Shown piece by piece: positions 51,611-63,461 of a DNA stretch of 64,000 nt. The stretch spans positions 496,001 to 560,000 of the forward strand of contig OZ374564.1 in NCBI GenBank assembly GCA_977862235.1, in the 5' to 3' direction. Below the pieces are notes generated by a model. It worked only from the letters and a program-made list of their open reading frames with translations, was not told the DNA's origin and did no database searches. Source of the DNA: Dudresnaya verticillata. Lineage: Eukaryota. The translations under genes and the position numbers were made by a program. Within the stretch, counting starts at the first letter, position 1. Each line of letters opens with the position of its first letter.

Positions 51611-52770
51611 TCAGTCCGCGAGGGTGAGCTCCTCTTCGTTGCTTTGTTCAACTTCTGCTGAAGTATTCGACAGTTCCAGTCCGATGTCTCCCCAATCAAT
51701 ACCTCCAACTTCAGCTCCTTCTGCACCTGCAGTAACGTCCTCATTCTCGATAGGATCGGGAGGGGCCATTACTTCTTCTGCACCCATACCAGAGGTATCA
51801 ATCTCGATTCCCCAGTCAACTTCTGCGTCCCCAGCCGACTCTTCGCCAGTTCTGCCGTCAAGCAAAACCTCGATAATGCCCCAATTGACGTCTTCAATCT
51901 CGGAATCCGGCTGCGTTTCTTCCCTAACCTGCTTAGCCGCCCTGCTCAATGTGGAATCATCTCCGTCGATTACCCGTCTCGATGTGGTACATAACCCGTC
52001 GCCATTTCTTGCAGTCGCCCCATCGCTGCCTCCAACATACCTTTGCGAACTTTTGATAGTAATCCACAGCTGCGATGAACTTCTCATCTTTCGCTCTGTC
52101 CACGGCCGCCGCAAGTAATTCCGGACCGCGCTTCTCAACAGCCGCGGCAAGGAGGCTATGATAGTCCACGTCGCCCTCTTCTGGTCGGGCAAACTCCTCG
52201 CAAGCAATTCGGAATCGATCTTCTGCGTCAGCAGCAGCGCATACGGCGGGCGCATCACGGTGAGCATACTCGGCGACATCGGCATGCAAGCTGTCAATAG
52301 CGGCCTTGATAGCAGGGGCCTCGACATCTGCATTGCGTGTGAGCACTTGTGCGCAGTCGGCAAGGAACACATGCTTTCTTGGAAGGCGCTAACGGCGTCT
52401 GACAATGCCCGCGCAGTATCACCCTTGTATCGACCGAGGAGGACCTTATCCTGTCAAGCAAGCCACTCCGAAGGTGCATCCGCAGCGGTGACGGCGGCAA
52501 GGATGTCCATGGCCCGGAAGTAAGGTAGCGGCGCGGCGGTCGCCAATGGTAGTTCCAGATTTAGGTGGGTGCCCTGCGCCCCGCTGCTGCGCCGGCGCGT
52601 GCAAATAGCTAGGGCCTAGGCCCTCACGCGATACCGCCGGCTTTCTGGAAAGGGTCCGCCACAAGCGGCTATAGAAAGGTTTCGACGCGATGCGGCGGCG
52701 GTCGGTGTGCGGGGCGCGTCTGGCGAGGAGCTTCCTGGACGGAAATCCGGCAGTGCTGTGTGGGTCAAGT
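51611..52770 (-). pseudogene. CDK5RAP3: CDK5RAP3/C53 N-terminal fragment, frameshifted
   Basis: SRKLL, LPYFRAMDIL, LLGRYKG, LADCAQVLTRNADVEAPAIK, then an acidic region with DVNWG, EVDWG and GIDWG motifs. Confidence 0.8.
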
Positions 52771-53461
52771 CGAGAGGGGAGGATGGACCCGCCAAGTAGT
52801 GCGGGTGAATGCGGTAGCGGACGAGCAATTTTGTCGGCGGGTGTGGTGTAGGCGACAAGTGCGACGCAGGCACATGCGCAGAACGGCGATTGCGCTTGGC
52901 AGCGTGCGGGCGCAACGAAGGATGGCGTGATGGTGTGTGCGGCGGCTTTGGTGCACGTTTGTGAGATTGTGCTAGGTATGCCGTCAAAGCGACCGCTGGG
53001 CTTGACTTTGGTGCAGACCTGTGCCCGCATCCCACGGCACGTTGGGCGAAGCAAGATGAAAATGCATCGCAGTAAGAAGTCGTTTACGTAGAAATAATGA
53101 CAGACACGGCCAGCACGTTCGGCGTGAAGTGGGCGCAGCCAATGCTGCCAATGTGTGCAATAACAACACACCGCAACACAAAGCGCACCGGCACGTCGGC
53201 ACGGGAAGCGGGGGCGTGCATAACTTGCGCGGTGACCGCGTGGAGGGTTGATGTGGTGAGGTTGCGGTGCGTGGAGACATGCTCCGCAGCAGGCGGGTGA
53301 ACAGCAACCGGATAGCTAATTCAGTGAGACTTCCGCCGGAGCTATCGGCGCATATGGATATTTTTTGTAGCTCCCTGTCGCCGACAGATTCGAAAAGCTA
53401 TTTTCTTAGGTTTCCCATCTCGGCGACTATGGGAGCTATGTAGCTAACGGAATGCCGCGAG

Positions 53462-53563
53462 TGTAAATATCTATTTTCTTACGTATTTTGATTTCGGGAA
53501 ACACGGGAGCTATGTAGCTCCCGCAGAGGAGGAAATCAAAAAGCTAAGAAAATAGATATTACA
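53462..53563. repeat. Imperfect palindrome of about 100 nt inside the element
   Basis: aatatctattttctta/taagaaaatagatatt, ttttgatttc/gaaatcaaaa, core cgggagcta-tg-tagctcccg. Confidence 0.85.
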
Positions 53564-54628
53564 TTTCTCCAGCGCCATTAGCTATTGGCTGATATCCATA
53601 TTCGTTTATAGCTTTTCACTTTGTTCCTCCGGCGTTTGCTACTTTTCCCGAGACGCCCAGCCGCACCGCTCCGAGCCCGACATCATCTGAAAACGCACTG
53701 CCACTCAAGAAAACGCATACCACACAACACCAGCGCCCTTGACAAGGGCAGCACACGACTGGAACCCTTTTCACAGCGTAGGTCGAGCCCTCGCCCCCGC
53801 CCCGTCCCCACTGCTTCCTCTCTTCGCATCCGGTGTCGTGCTCGGTTTAGCGCTCGCTGCAGATGATGGCTGCGTGGGCGGCGACTTTGTTCCGCTTGGA
53901 GGGTCCGTCGGCGTCGGTGCTTGTGATGTTTGTCGTGTGTAGCCGCCAGGGATTTTCGGCCGTGCGCGGCCGTGCGCAGCCATAGCCGAAAGAGACGATG
54001 GCAATCTGCATAGGACGCCTGTCAGCTGCATACACTACGAGCTGTGATAGCCCAACGCCTGGATATGAGGGAGGCCCCGCAGCCCTCCGCATGGAACGAG
54101 ACGAGATGGGAGCGCATAAAGTCCATGGCGGGCTGGCCACCGACGATGCGAGTCTGGCCGGCGCCCGGGGGGCGACGTCTAGCAGGAAGACGGGGCAGTC
54201 TGCATAGTTGCGCGCAAACATGAGTTCCTTGCGCGTGCCGCGAAGGGAGAGACAAGCGTTGCTGCTGTGATGGAAACCATGCGCTTGCTGAAGAAAACAA
54301 CTGGCATCGAAAACTTTGAGAAGGCGACCAGTGGGCATGATGCTGAAAGTAGAGGAAAGCGAGAGTTGCTACTGCGACTGGTTGCAGACGATGTTTTACG
54401 CGTTGTTGATGAGCTGAGAGACTTGCAGAAGGTAGCTTCATAGATGATGAGAATCACCCAATGCACACGGAGGGCATGCAGCCGTTTCATGTTTCACGGC
54501 GTTTGGTCGCGACGAGCGTACATGGATGCCATAGTTCCTTCCAGCTGGAAATGTGCAGTGGACCGTCCGCCGCCCTCGACTGGCAGAACGTGCATCCGGT
54601 ATAGCCCAAAAATAGATGGAGCAGACTT

Positions 54629-57559
54629 TTATGGCTCTCTATCACAACCCTCCATCATGTGAAGATCCCATGCGAAGAATGCGTTTAAGTCTCGCAGCAG
54701 TGCTGGCGGTTCCTCCGGACCCTTAAAAGTGTACTTATACGGCCTCTCCGCGAACTCATCGCGAACTTTGAAGGAAAATACAGCCACGAGATGCTCTCCC
54801 TCCTTGCCGAGCTCCCGCAACCCGTGCTGGTGTATTTCTGTCTTCAGTCCGTGGGCGTCGTTACCCGATTGCAGTACTGCCTTCCCAACCTTATCTGGAC
54901 CACACAGCAGCCAAACTGCGTCACCACCTTTGAGTTGCGGTCGATCGCATGATAGCCTTTTCTGCCTAGGTTTTCCTGTACGTTTCCCAGACTGTTGCTT
55001 ACCTGGGGACATCATTAGAGTCTTTGATTCCCTTTCAGACTGATCAGTGCGTACCCTCTTCGTGTCTGGCTGTTTGTCTATCTGTTTTGCCGAACGCTTC
55101 TGTGCTTGGATCCCTGCATCTTGAGACGACCCGTTCTGCTCCTCCTCTGCCATGCGGTGCAGGCGTGCACGAGCCAGTCTGTATGTTTCCGGGTTTCTTT
55201 CGACAAGGTAACACTCTCTGTCTGTCCGAACGCAGGCAATGCCTGTAGTCATTGTCCCCGCATGATAGTCTAGGACCGAGCCGCCTTCAGGGCAGAAGGT
55301 TGTGATGATCTCAGTAAGTGCATCAGGATTTTTCTCCTCTGTCAGAACTGGTGCCCTGCTAGTCCCTGGCTTCATGAGCTTATCTCTGGGTACGGGAACA
55401 GAGGTCATCACAGCAAACTTTCGTCGCTCCTTACACGAGATGAAGTGGTACGGGCTGGAGAGGTCTGGAGAGAAAGCGTTCTTGGATGTACCCTTGCGCC
55501 TTCCGAAGGCTGCTGCCTCAGCCCCATTCTGCAGTCTCTTCTTGCGACTTATCTGGACAGTAGTTGTGTCTTTGCAGAGTAAGAAAGGGTACTGCGGACT
55601 ATCAAAATTGTTGTCGGCAAGTGCCTTTTGAAACAACGGGAATTTCAAGAAGCTGCAGAACAGAAACACCCAACCACCCTCCTTCACAACACGTCCACAA
55701 AACTCGCAAAGGCGCTTCATGTCTTCTTCACTGAAATGGTTTGCGTATGCAGTTCCAGCAATTGACATTCCCTTCGGGGTACCATACGGAGGGTCAGCAA
55801 GCACGAGGTCAAAGAGAGGACTGCATTCATTCCTGATTGATTGGTCATATTCCTCCCACTTCATCTGATATGTTCGTATCCTGCATTTGGAAAGCGGGTC
55901 CTTCTCCTGCACATCAGAACCGGTATCCAGTCTCTCCGACTTGCGTGTTGAAGAAACAGAACGACTACCCGGTCCAATACACTCGTTCGGGATGTCATTA
56001 TTACCAGCTAATGCGCCTGTGTCGTTGTCGTCTGTAGGATCCAGGACCGATTGCGTATTCTGCCTCTGCGTGTCAGTTACAGTCTCCTTAACGGCTTCCG
56101 ACTGCTTTTGGTCACCAACGGCCCCCTTAGAGTCTTTTCCTTTCCCCCCTTGAGGTTTTCTATCAACTTCAGAGCTCGTGTTATCAATATCAGAAGCTGA
56201 AACTATTGGCTTCTCATTTTCTCCTATGTCTGGAGATGTATCTTTCCCAGAATCAGTTTAGGCTTGGAACTGGTGCTTGAATTTCTTTTCCTTACCTGGA
56301 GCTTGTTGCGGGCATTCCCTTCGATAAGCGGCTATCATTGGTTTGAGCACATCGTGGTCATTTCCGAAGTTTGCACGCACCTCGTGGTACAGCTTCGTTG
56401 AGTGAAGGAGGTTCTGGCGAATGACGTTCATACCTTCAGGCCAACTCTGGCTCTCGATAAGGCGTTCCAATTTCCGTGCTTCCTTCATTGCTGCTTTCGC
56501 CCTTCCAAATTGTTCCAGAGTCTGAAAGCTGGTGACTGACCGGAAACTCTGAAGTCGATGTACTTCGCGTAGTCGGTACAAAGTTGAAATCTGTATTTCT
56601 ACGCCATCCTCCAGTTTGTTCCCATTCATGAAGGCGATTGCAGACTTCAGTGATGAAATGTGGATGAACTTTCTGTAGACTCGGCAGTCAATTATTCTCA
56701 TTGCTCCGTCCTTGTCGAGTGTTGTCCCTTCCTTGTCTCCTGTCATCTTTGCAGCTAGATCCGGTCTCTCCTCATTTGCAATTTGTCCAATTGCGTGAAT
56801 TACTCTCGTATCCAACCGCATAACTGTCTGAGCAGTCTGTTTAATGGTGTTGTTCCGATATAACTTCGAACCGTCATACGCCTCCGCAATTTTTGGGGCA
56901 TTTGGTTGTTTCCCAGTCTTGGCCTGCAACCTCTCCGCCTCCTCCCGCAGACCGCGGACCAGGTCAAAAAATGTAGTCTCGATAAAGTATCCCTGGTCGT
57001 GTTTCTCATTCTGATGTCTTGCCAGCTGCCGGAGCTCATGGACGTTGTGCCCACCCTTCAAAATCGTTACAGGCCATGCGAAAGACTGCCAGACTGTTGG
57101 GAACTCCTCCATTAACTCCAAAATAACGCAATGTCTATGCAAGCCGTCAACAATGCCGTACCATTTGGAGCGATTGTTTGCCTTCTCCAAAGCCTTCTCC
57201 TCCGTGCACTCCTTCCCTTCCCCTTTCATATTCTTGAAATACGCAACGACGTGACCCCGCAGAGACCCTGTCATTTCGATGACAATTGCAGAGTCAGACC
57301 CCGCAACGTACCCAATAGTCCCTTCACCGCCTTTCTTCTCTGATGAGTGCAGATGAATGCGAGCTTTGAGGCGTTCCACTCCGGAGCGCACCACGGGTCT
57401 TATTGCTGTTAGCGGGAAGTACGCCCTGGGGTCAATTCTCATATTCACGGAACCCTCCATAACGTCAGAAAACAATGCCCTCCCCATGCTTGCAGAAGAG
57501 CAATTTTGGTCCGCTTCAGATTGCGTAACAGAACCCTTTCCTGAACGTTTCTTGCCCAT
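54629..57559 (-). pseudogene. ParB-like domain fused to a beta-class N6-adenine/N4-cytosine DNA methyltransferase; one in-frame stop
   Basis: ORFs 57616-56258 and 55912-54629 share a frame and the 115 codons between them are open; only TAA 56258-56260 interrupts. ParB-like YGIVDGLHRH; MTase DLVLADPPYG precedes EEKNP...GSVLDYHAGTMTTGIAC...R.CYLVE. Confidence 0.85.
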
Positions 57560-58693
57560 CCAGCCAAAAATGTAATTCAGCACTTTTGAAAAAACGGTCG
57601 CCGTAAGTCTTTCCAACTGGTTGCCGAAGGTGTTTCCAACTGGTTGCGTTAAGCTGATGAGAACGGGATAGGCGTTGCGGTTTCCACGAAGAGCACTTCG
57701 GGTTTACAACAATATGTCCGTAGTCAGGTCAGTGGTCACGGCATTGAAAGACAATATATATCATGCCGGTTTCCAGCTTTAACCTGGAAACGAAGTTTGT
57801 CCGCATGACTAACAGCCTCACGTACGGTTTTAACTTTGCCGGAAAGATAGTTAGAGCACTGTACCACTGGTGGTGCCCTGATACATTCCGCGAGATTACA
57901 TGAAGCTACAAATCACTGCAGGGTTCTATTGGTCGTCGGTAAATATATCGACGTATTGTGCCGTAGGGGTGTTCGCCCTAAGTTCGTACTTTCTCAGAAA
58001 ATATTTGGAAGTCAGTTCTAACCATCCAACCGTACAGTGATTCCGATTCACAGCTGCCCTACTAGGGTATCTAAACGATGCTCAAGGCGGGTAAGAAATG
58101 GGCATACGAAATAGTTCCACAACGTGGAGGGGAAATTGGAAGTTCGTGTGCCTGCGTAGGCACACTCCCTTGGACTGGGGGTGATGTGGACGATTCGCAA
58201 ACGTACAGTCATTCCGATTGTACCAACCTGAAGGTGTTCCTCAGAAACGATAGGAATAGCCTCGGGTTTTCGAATTGGCAAGAGGTTACGGTCCGCCCAC
58301 ACAGAGTCGTTTAACATTGACATTTCCTGAAACCTGCGCCTCCACCCTGCAGATATGGTCATCATAAGACCTCTGCAGCACCGAAACAAACTGATGATCA
58401 CAATCTGCCATCGGATGCCACGACAAACGTAAGTATGCGTGTTACCCAATGATGCAAGTAATATCAAGGTCAGGGAAATGATTAATACCATACGTGAGAC
58501 CATAATACAGCCTGTACCAGTGTGTCCAAGTGATCCCTGTAAATACGTTCCAGAATTGTGCACAGGTCAACATGTCCTCGTTCTAGCAATACAGAAAAGC
58601 CCTATTCTGCGGAGGTTTAGACAGTCTGATCTGCGGTTCCACCTAATATCTGGGCGGTGTATGTGAACTATCCAGCAGCTTGAGGCTGCATTT

Positions 58694-59518
58694 TTGCAGG
58701 GTCCTCATACTGCTGCCGGTATAAGTGCTTCGGTACAGTATGGTCATTCTGATTACCGGAATTTGAACGTGTCCAATCCAAGATATATCCCTATTTGTAT
58801 GCAGAGAATGCCTAAGCCTCGTACACAGCCAAAACCATTAGCTACAAGTGTTACTTTCCGTTTAAAAGCGCGCAATCGTTGCATTTCACAGACCTCCTCG
58901 ACGGTACTGAGGAACAGAAATACGGCTGTACACACAGAGAAGAGGGTTTCTTGCCGAAGTGTAGTCATTCCTATTACTATCGACATGCTCATTGACCTCC
59001 CGGTGTTGCCGGACGACATACAGTCAGGATTCTGCGCATTTCATGACCTCATGCGCTGTGAATTGAGGCCTCGATTGGCAGAGCAGCAGCGCCGCCTTAA
59101 CGGTGACTCTTTGCAATTTTTAGAACGCATAATGCGATCCTTGGAGGTGAAGGATGAAGAAATAGTCATGGAACAGAACCGTGCTCGGGAGTTTGAGGTC
59201 GTTATGGGTCAATACGATCATGACCAGAACATGCTCACAGTGGTATACCGTGGGGGAATGAAGAAGCTTGATTACGTATCGGGGGATGCTTTCTCCGGAT
59301 CCGAAGCTCATGAAATCGATGCCGTCTTGGTCGAGGCTATTCGCCTGGCAAGCGAGCCAGTACGGGAGATGGAGCGAATGTGCCGCCTTCTCCTGACTTG
59401 GCATTTTGCCAAAACTAACGCAGAAGGGACTGTGGAGGTAAAGGAGGCAAGGGTGGCCCGTGCGGAGCATGACGTGCGCGTCATGTATAAGAAAGCTTCG
59501 TCGTGCAAGTATGTTTAA
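58694..59518 (+). CDS. Hypothetical protein inside the element
   Basis: 274-codon ORF whose second half looks globular and helical; no family recognised; start uncertain. Confidence 0.35.
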   Translation: MQGPHTAAGISASVQYGHSDYRNLNVSNPRYIPICMQRMPKPRTQPKPLATSVTFRLKARNRCISQTSSTVLRNRNTAVHTEKRVSCRSVVIPITIDMLIDLPVLPDDIQSGFCAFHDLMRCELRPRLAEQQRRLNGDSLQFLERIMRSLEVKDEEIVMEQNRAREFEVVMGQYDHDQNMLTVVYRGGMKKLDYVSGDAFSGSEAHEIDAVLVEAIRLASEPVREMERMCRLLLTWHFAKTNAEGTVEVKEARVARAEHDVRVMYKKASSCKYV

Positions 59519-61323
59519 TATCGACTAAGGATGAAGTCGACCAATCAATCTGATTGCGTGGCAAGGAGAAGTACTTGGAGACGCGCGTCGGTCTTGACTA
59601 CGTGTGCTTATGGCCGTACCTTTCGTCGTCGGTAATGTTAGAAACAAAAAGACGTCGACGGTTGTATTCTTGACGAGCGACGTAATACTAATTACGCTCC
59701 TGGCGGCTTTTGAATTTGCCATGTCCCCGCGAGAGTACTTCCAGCACAATAGCTGTGTCGGGATTTGACATCAGCTTCTTTTCCTCTCTCTGCTGAATAT
59801 CAACTAGGAAGGCCTTGAAACCTCCAGCTCGTTCCGTTTGTCCGTAGTTCTTTGCATTTGCCTGTCCATGAACGCGTTCCATAAATGTAGGAAAACAGAC
59901 CGGTCGAATACTCTGATCCCCAGTGCCTCAAGGCCGTTGAACCGTTTGCCTTCGGAGATGCAGTTGTCAATTAATGCGAGTAAGTTGGACTCACCAATGC
60001 GGCGGACCATATCTTTTTCAGTTTCCTCTGGTCTGCGCAGGGCATTGAAATCCAGACAGTGGCTCTTCCCAAGCAGTTCATCACTGACTTCTCGTGCAGG
60101 CTCCCTAGGTACGAAGTCAGACATCTTCCCCTTACGTACGAGGATGTGCGTTTGGACTCCCATAGGGGGTAGTACATCAGCGGGGGATTTCTGCATCAGG
60201 ACCTTGGATCGCTATTGTTCCTCTGGGCTATATACCGTGTACTTTTTGTACCTAAATACAAGATTGGATTCATCATGCCTGCCACGTCGAATGTTCAGAC
60301 AGGCGACTTTTAACCCACTATCCTCTCGAAACCGGGACCAGCAAATTTATTCCTTCTTCGCCACGTATTCGGGGCAGTTAATGCTGCACATTTTGATATC
60401 GACGCTTGTTTCCATACATGTGCGAGCCCGAGCCCTGTATTGTGGAAGGGGAGTATGCGCCGGCAAAATAGAGTTATCAATAGTGATATCAGAACGACCT
60501 ATCTGGGTTCTAGTCTTCATTTCAGCAACCTCGGCTGATTGCATCCCTCCCAACTGTACTCAGACCCGTTCAGGCATTACGAAACGAGCTGGGCACAATT
60601 ATGCTTTAAGACCCACACTGAGATGCATGGCACAGGCAGTAAACAACCGAGGTGCATTGGCAATTGCCGCATGTATTATATCCTTTTCATGAAGAGGCTA
60701 TCTACGCCTTGCAGGCAGCACCATACCTGGACCAGGAACCCGCAATGGAAGCTGACGAGTCAATGTGAAGTGGGTCAACAAATGTCGCCAACAGCGGAAA
60801 CATGTCCCTTTCATGAGCACGTCCTGCTCATTTAACACCGTAGATTGTCAGTGCTTCAGTTATTGAGTACACTGAATGTTATTAACCCTGACGCGTCTGG
60901 GGAGCAGGATCGTGGGAGTTTGGACGCTATTCTCAACCGCAATGGTGGCGGACTGGAAGCGATCCCCCTGAAGGTTGAATGAGCTTACCAAACGCCGCAT
61001 TTACTTTCCCCCAATTGAGCTTGCGAAGGTGCCTCAATGGATGGGCCTACGGACATGGTTGGAACGGGGAACCTTTGGGGTGTCGACAACGGAATCGGTC
61101 GCGCGCGTGGTTAACCGGGAAACAGCTGCAGGCTTATACATTTTATTATCATTACCTAACGAACTACGTAGTGTTGGGTGCGTGTCATGGAATGGCCATA
61201 CTTGTGTCTGCGAGTTGTCATGACATCGGCATGTGTCGTCCCATCGTAGAGAAATACGGGCGGGCGGGTCGTGCAGCGCGGTCGGGGAGTGACGAGCAGG
61301 GCGCGCTGACGAGGTGACGGCAG

Positions 61324-61870
61324 CGGGATCCACGGTGTGCACGCGGGTGGGCAACCGCGACAGCAGGTTTTGCCCAAGGAGTTGTGCGTCGCGGGGCGGG
61401 GCAGGGCGGCGGGTGACGAGGCAGTCTGTATGCGGTCGCGTGCGGATTTGTGCACAGACGCGCACAGTACAGTGCACCCGTTGCACCAGAAAGCCGAAAA
61501 CTGGTGACGGGGTAGTCTGCAGGCGGCGCCGAGCACGCGCGGGGCGGGCCAGATGGGCGATGCGGCGCGCATGCAGCGCGCGCGGCGAGGGGCATGCTGC
61601 GGGCCGGCAATTTCCAATTTGGCCCAGTGCGGACCGCGGAGTGGGCCGCGCGGGCCAAATCGACGCAAGGAAATTGAAATTCAGAATACCTGGAAATATT
61701 TTGGGTAAATTCACGCAAACCGCCATAACTTTCGAAGGAATGGTCCGTTAGCCAATCGAATTTCACCACCGTACTCAGGGGACGCTCCCATTTCCAACGA
61801 TATCAGAAAATATCTATTCGACTGCCGTCTGTTTCGAAAGTCGTATTCTGAAATCGCTCAAATGCGTGTT
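61324..61870 (-). repeat. Right TIR (547 bp)
   Basis: Reverse complement of 40804-41350; ends CGCTCAAATGCGTGTT. Confidence 0.95.
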
Positions 61871-62015
61871 TTTGGCAGACATTGCCCAAGTAGTTGTGAA
61901 CTACAACAAGTTGTCTGCTAAGGACAAGACCGTGTCTGCTGACTCATACATGAAGTCACTGGCACTGCTGAACTTCCAGGCCAATTAGTCCCTCAAAGAG
62001 GACGGGAGTGCCCAG

Positions 62016-63461
62016 GTGGGGCAAGCTCCCTCGGGGTTTCAGCACCCCACCCTGCATGCTGCTCAGACCAATGACCAAGTGAAGGCCGACCCAAAAAAAC
62101 TAAGGGTCCCTGGCGGTTTCGAGACCACAACGTTAGATCCTTACGGATCTAAGCGCATATTGACGCACAACGGGGTTGCTGGTGATACAACCGACAACCC
62201 ACCGCATGAAGCGGCTGCCCTTCGCCGACCTTGGCATCGAAGCCGAGATCGACGTGGGTTTGCGGAGACCGATCCGCTTTGTAGCCTCTCAAGGAGTAAC
62301 TACAAGGTCTATGCCGACGTAGGCACCAGACCATCGATGCTCGTGAGGTTGTTGACTATCCTCGACACCGGGGCAGGACCAAACTTTGTCCGCGCCGACG
62401 TCCTGCCAAAGGACCACGAGAAGCTCATTAAGAAGAGCGACAATCTGCCAGGTGTCTCTGACGCGAATGGCAAGCCCTTGAAGCTCCTGGGCCATGTGTC
62501 TCTTTGCGTGAGACTTGGAACACGAACGGTTAACACCACGTTCCTTGTTTGCGAAAGACTCGCAGCGCCCATGATTCTGGGTTGCCATTTCAATGATCGC
62601 TTCGTTGAGGCGATTTTTCCTCGCAAGCGTGTGGTCGAGCTCGACGACGGGACCCAAGTTCCGATTGTCCGGAAGCCGATTGCTCGTTTGCAAGGCGCGC
62701 CCCCGATGCCCGGAGCATCCAAGGATGAGACCGAAGTAAACGGTCGAGCTTCACCGAAGCTCAAGGTGACGAGAACAGTCACGATACCGGCCGGTACACA
62801 GGCCTGGGCCCATTTAACCAATGGACGACTTGGGCTCTCAATACTCGAGCCATCTCCCGCGTTGTACGACAACCATCAGTTGGTCATGTCCAACGACGTG
62901 GTGCACATAAAACCCCTTCGGGAGTTTAAAGTGCTTGTGGCGAACTTCTCTTCACATGAGAAGCGCCTGCAGCGGAACCAAGTAATTGGTTCGGTGCTGC
63001 TACACCCAAGGGCGTTAGTCTCCACCGTGGTGGAACTAGACCGGCTCTTGGCGGTTGAGTTTCAAGACTCACAACCAGTTGCGCCTAGCACGGCGCTTGA
63101 GAAGGGGGAGGTGACAAATCCCCAGGACGGCGAAGGCGATCCAGTTGACGCCGTCCCCCTTGACCATTTGGAACCTGGTCTACAGCGCAGCGTTCGAAAC
63201 ATGCTGCGCCCGTTTGCGTCCATGTGGAACGGCCGCCTCTGAGAGATCCGGGTGACGACGCATCTAATTGAGCTCAAGGAAGTCTCGAGGCCCTGCCGAA
63301 GTCAACCATATCGGGCAGAACCTAAGGCTCGTGAGTTCGAAGAGCAAACGGTGCGCGAAATGGAAGCGCAAGGAGTAATCTCCAAGTCCCAGTCAGAGTG
63401 GGCGTCGCCAGTCGTCTTTGCTCTCAAGCACGACGGCACGTTGCGGTTTTGTGTTGACTAT
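62016..63461 (+). pseudogene. pol: Pol fragment: aspartic protease and start of reverse transcriptase
   Basis: ILDTGAGPNF, MILGCHF; TGA at 63240-63242; HLIEL, QPYR, SEWASPVV, DGTLRFCVDY, after which RT similarity ends abruptly. Confidence 0.9.

Larger units (their letters stand above)
40804..61870. mobile_element. Giant (21,067 bp) TIR DNA transposon with transposase, ParB-methyltransferase and captured host-gene fragments
   Basis: 547-bp TIRs; 4-bp TSD TTTG (40800-40803, 61871-61874); removing the element restores the gag frame. Confidence 0.93.

Noticed and set aside
54629..57559. Bacterial contamination or a restriction-modification system as the source of the methyltransferase
   Set aside because: It lies between TIRs inside a eukaryotic LTR element, next to eukaryotic gene fragments; no restriction endonuclease or operon structure is seen.
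40804..61870. Polinton/Maverick or endogenous virus interpretation of the 21-kb TIR element
   Set aside because: No protein-primed polymerase, retroviral-type integrase, packaging ATPase or capsid recognised; the TSD is 4 bp rather than the 6 bp typical of Polintons.
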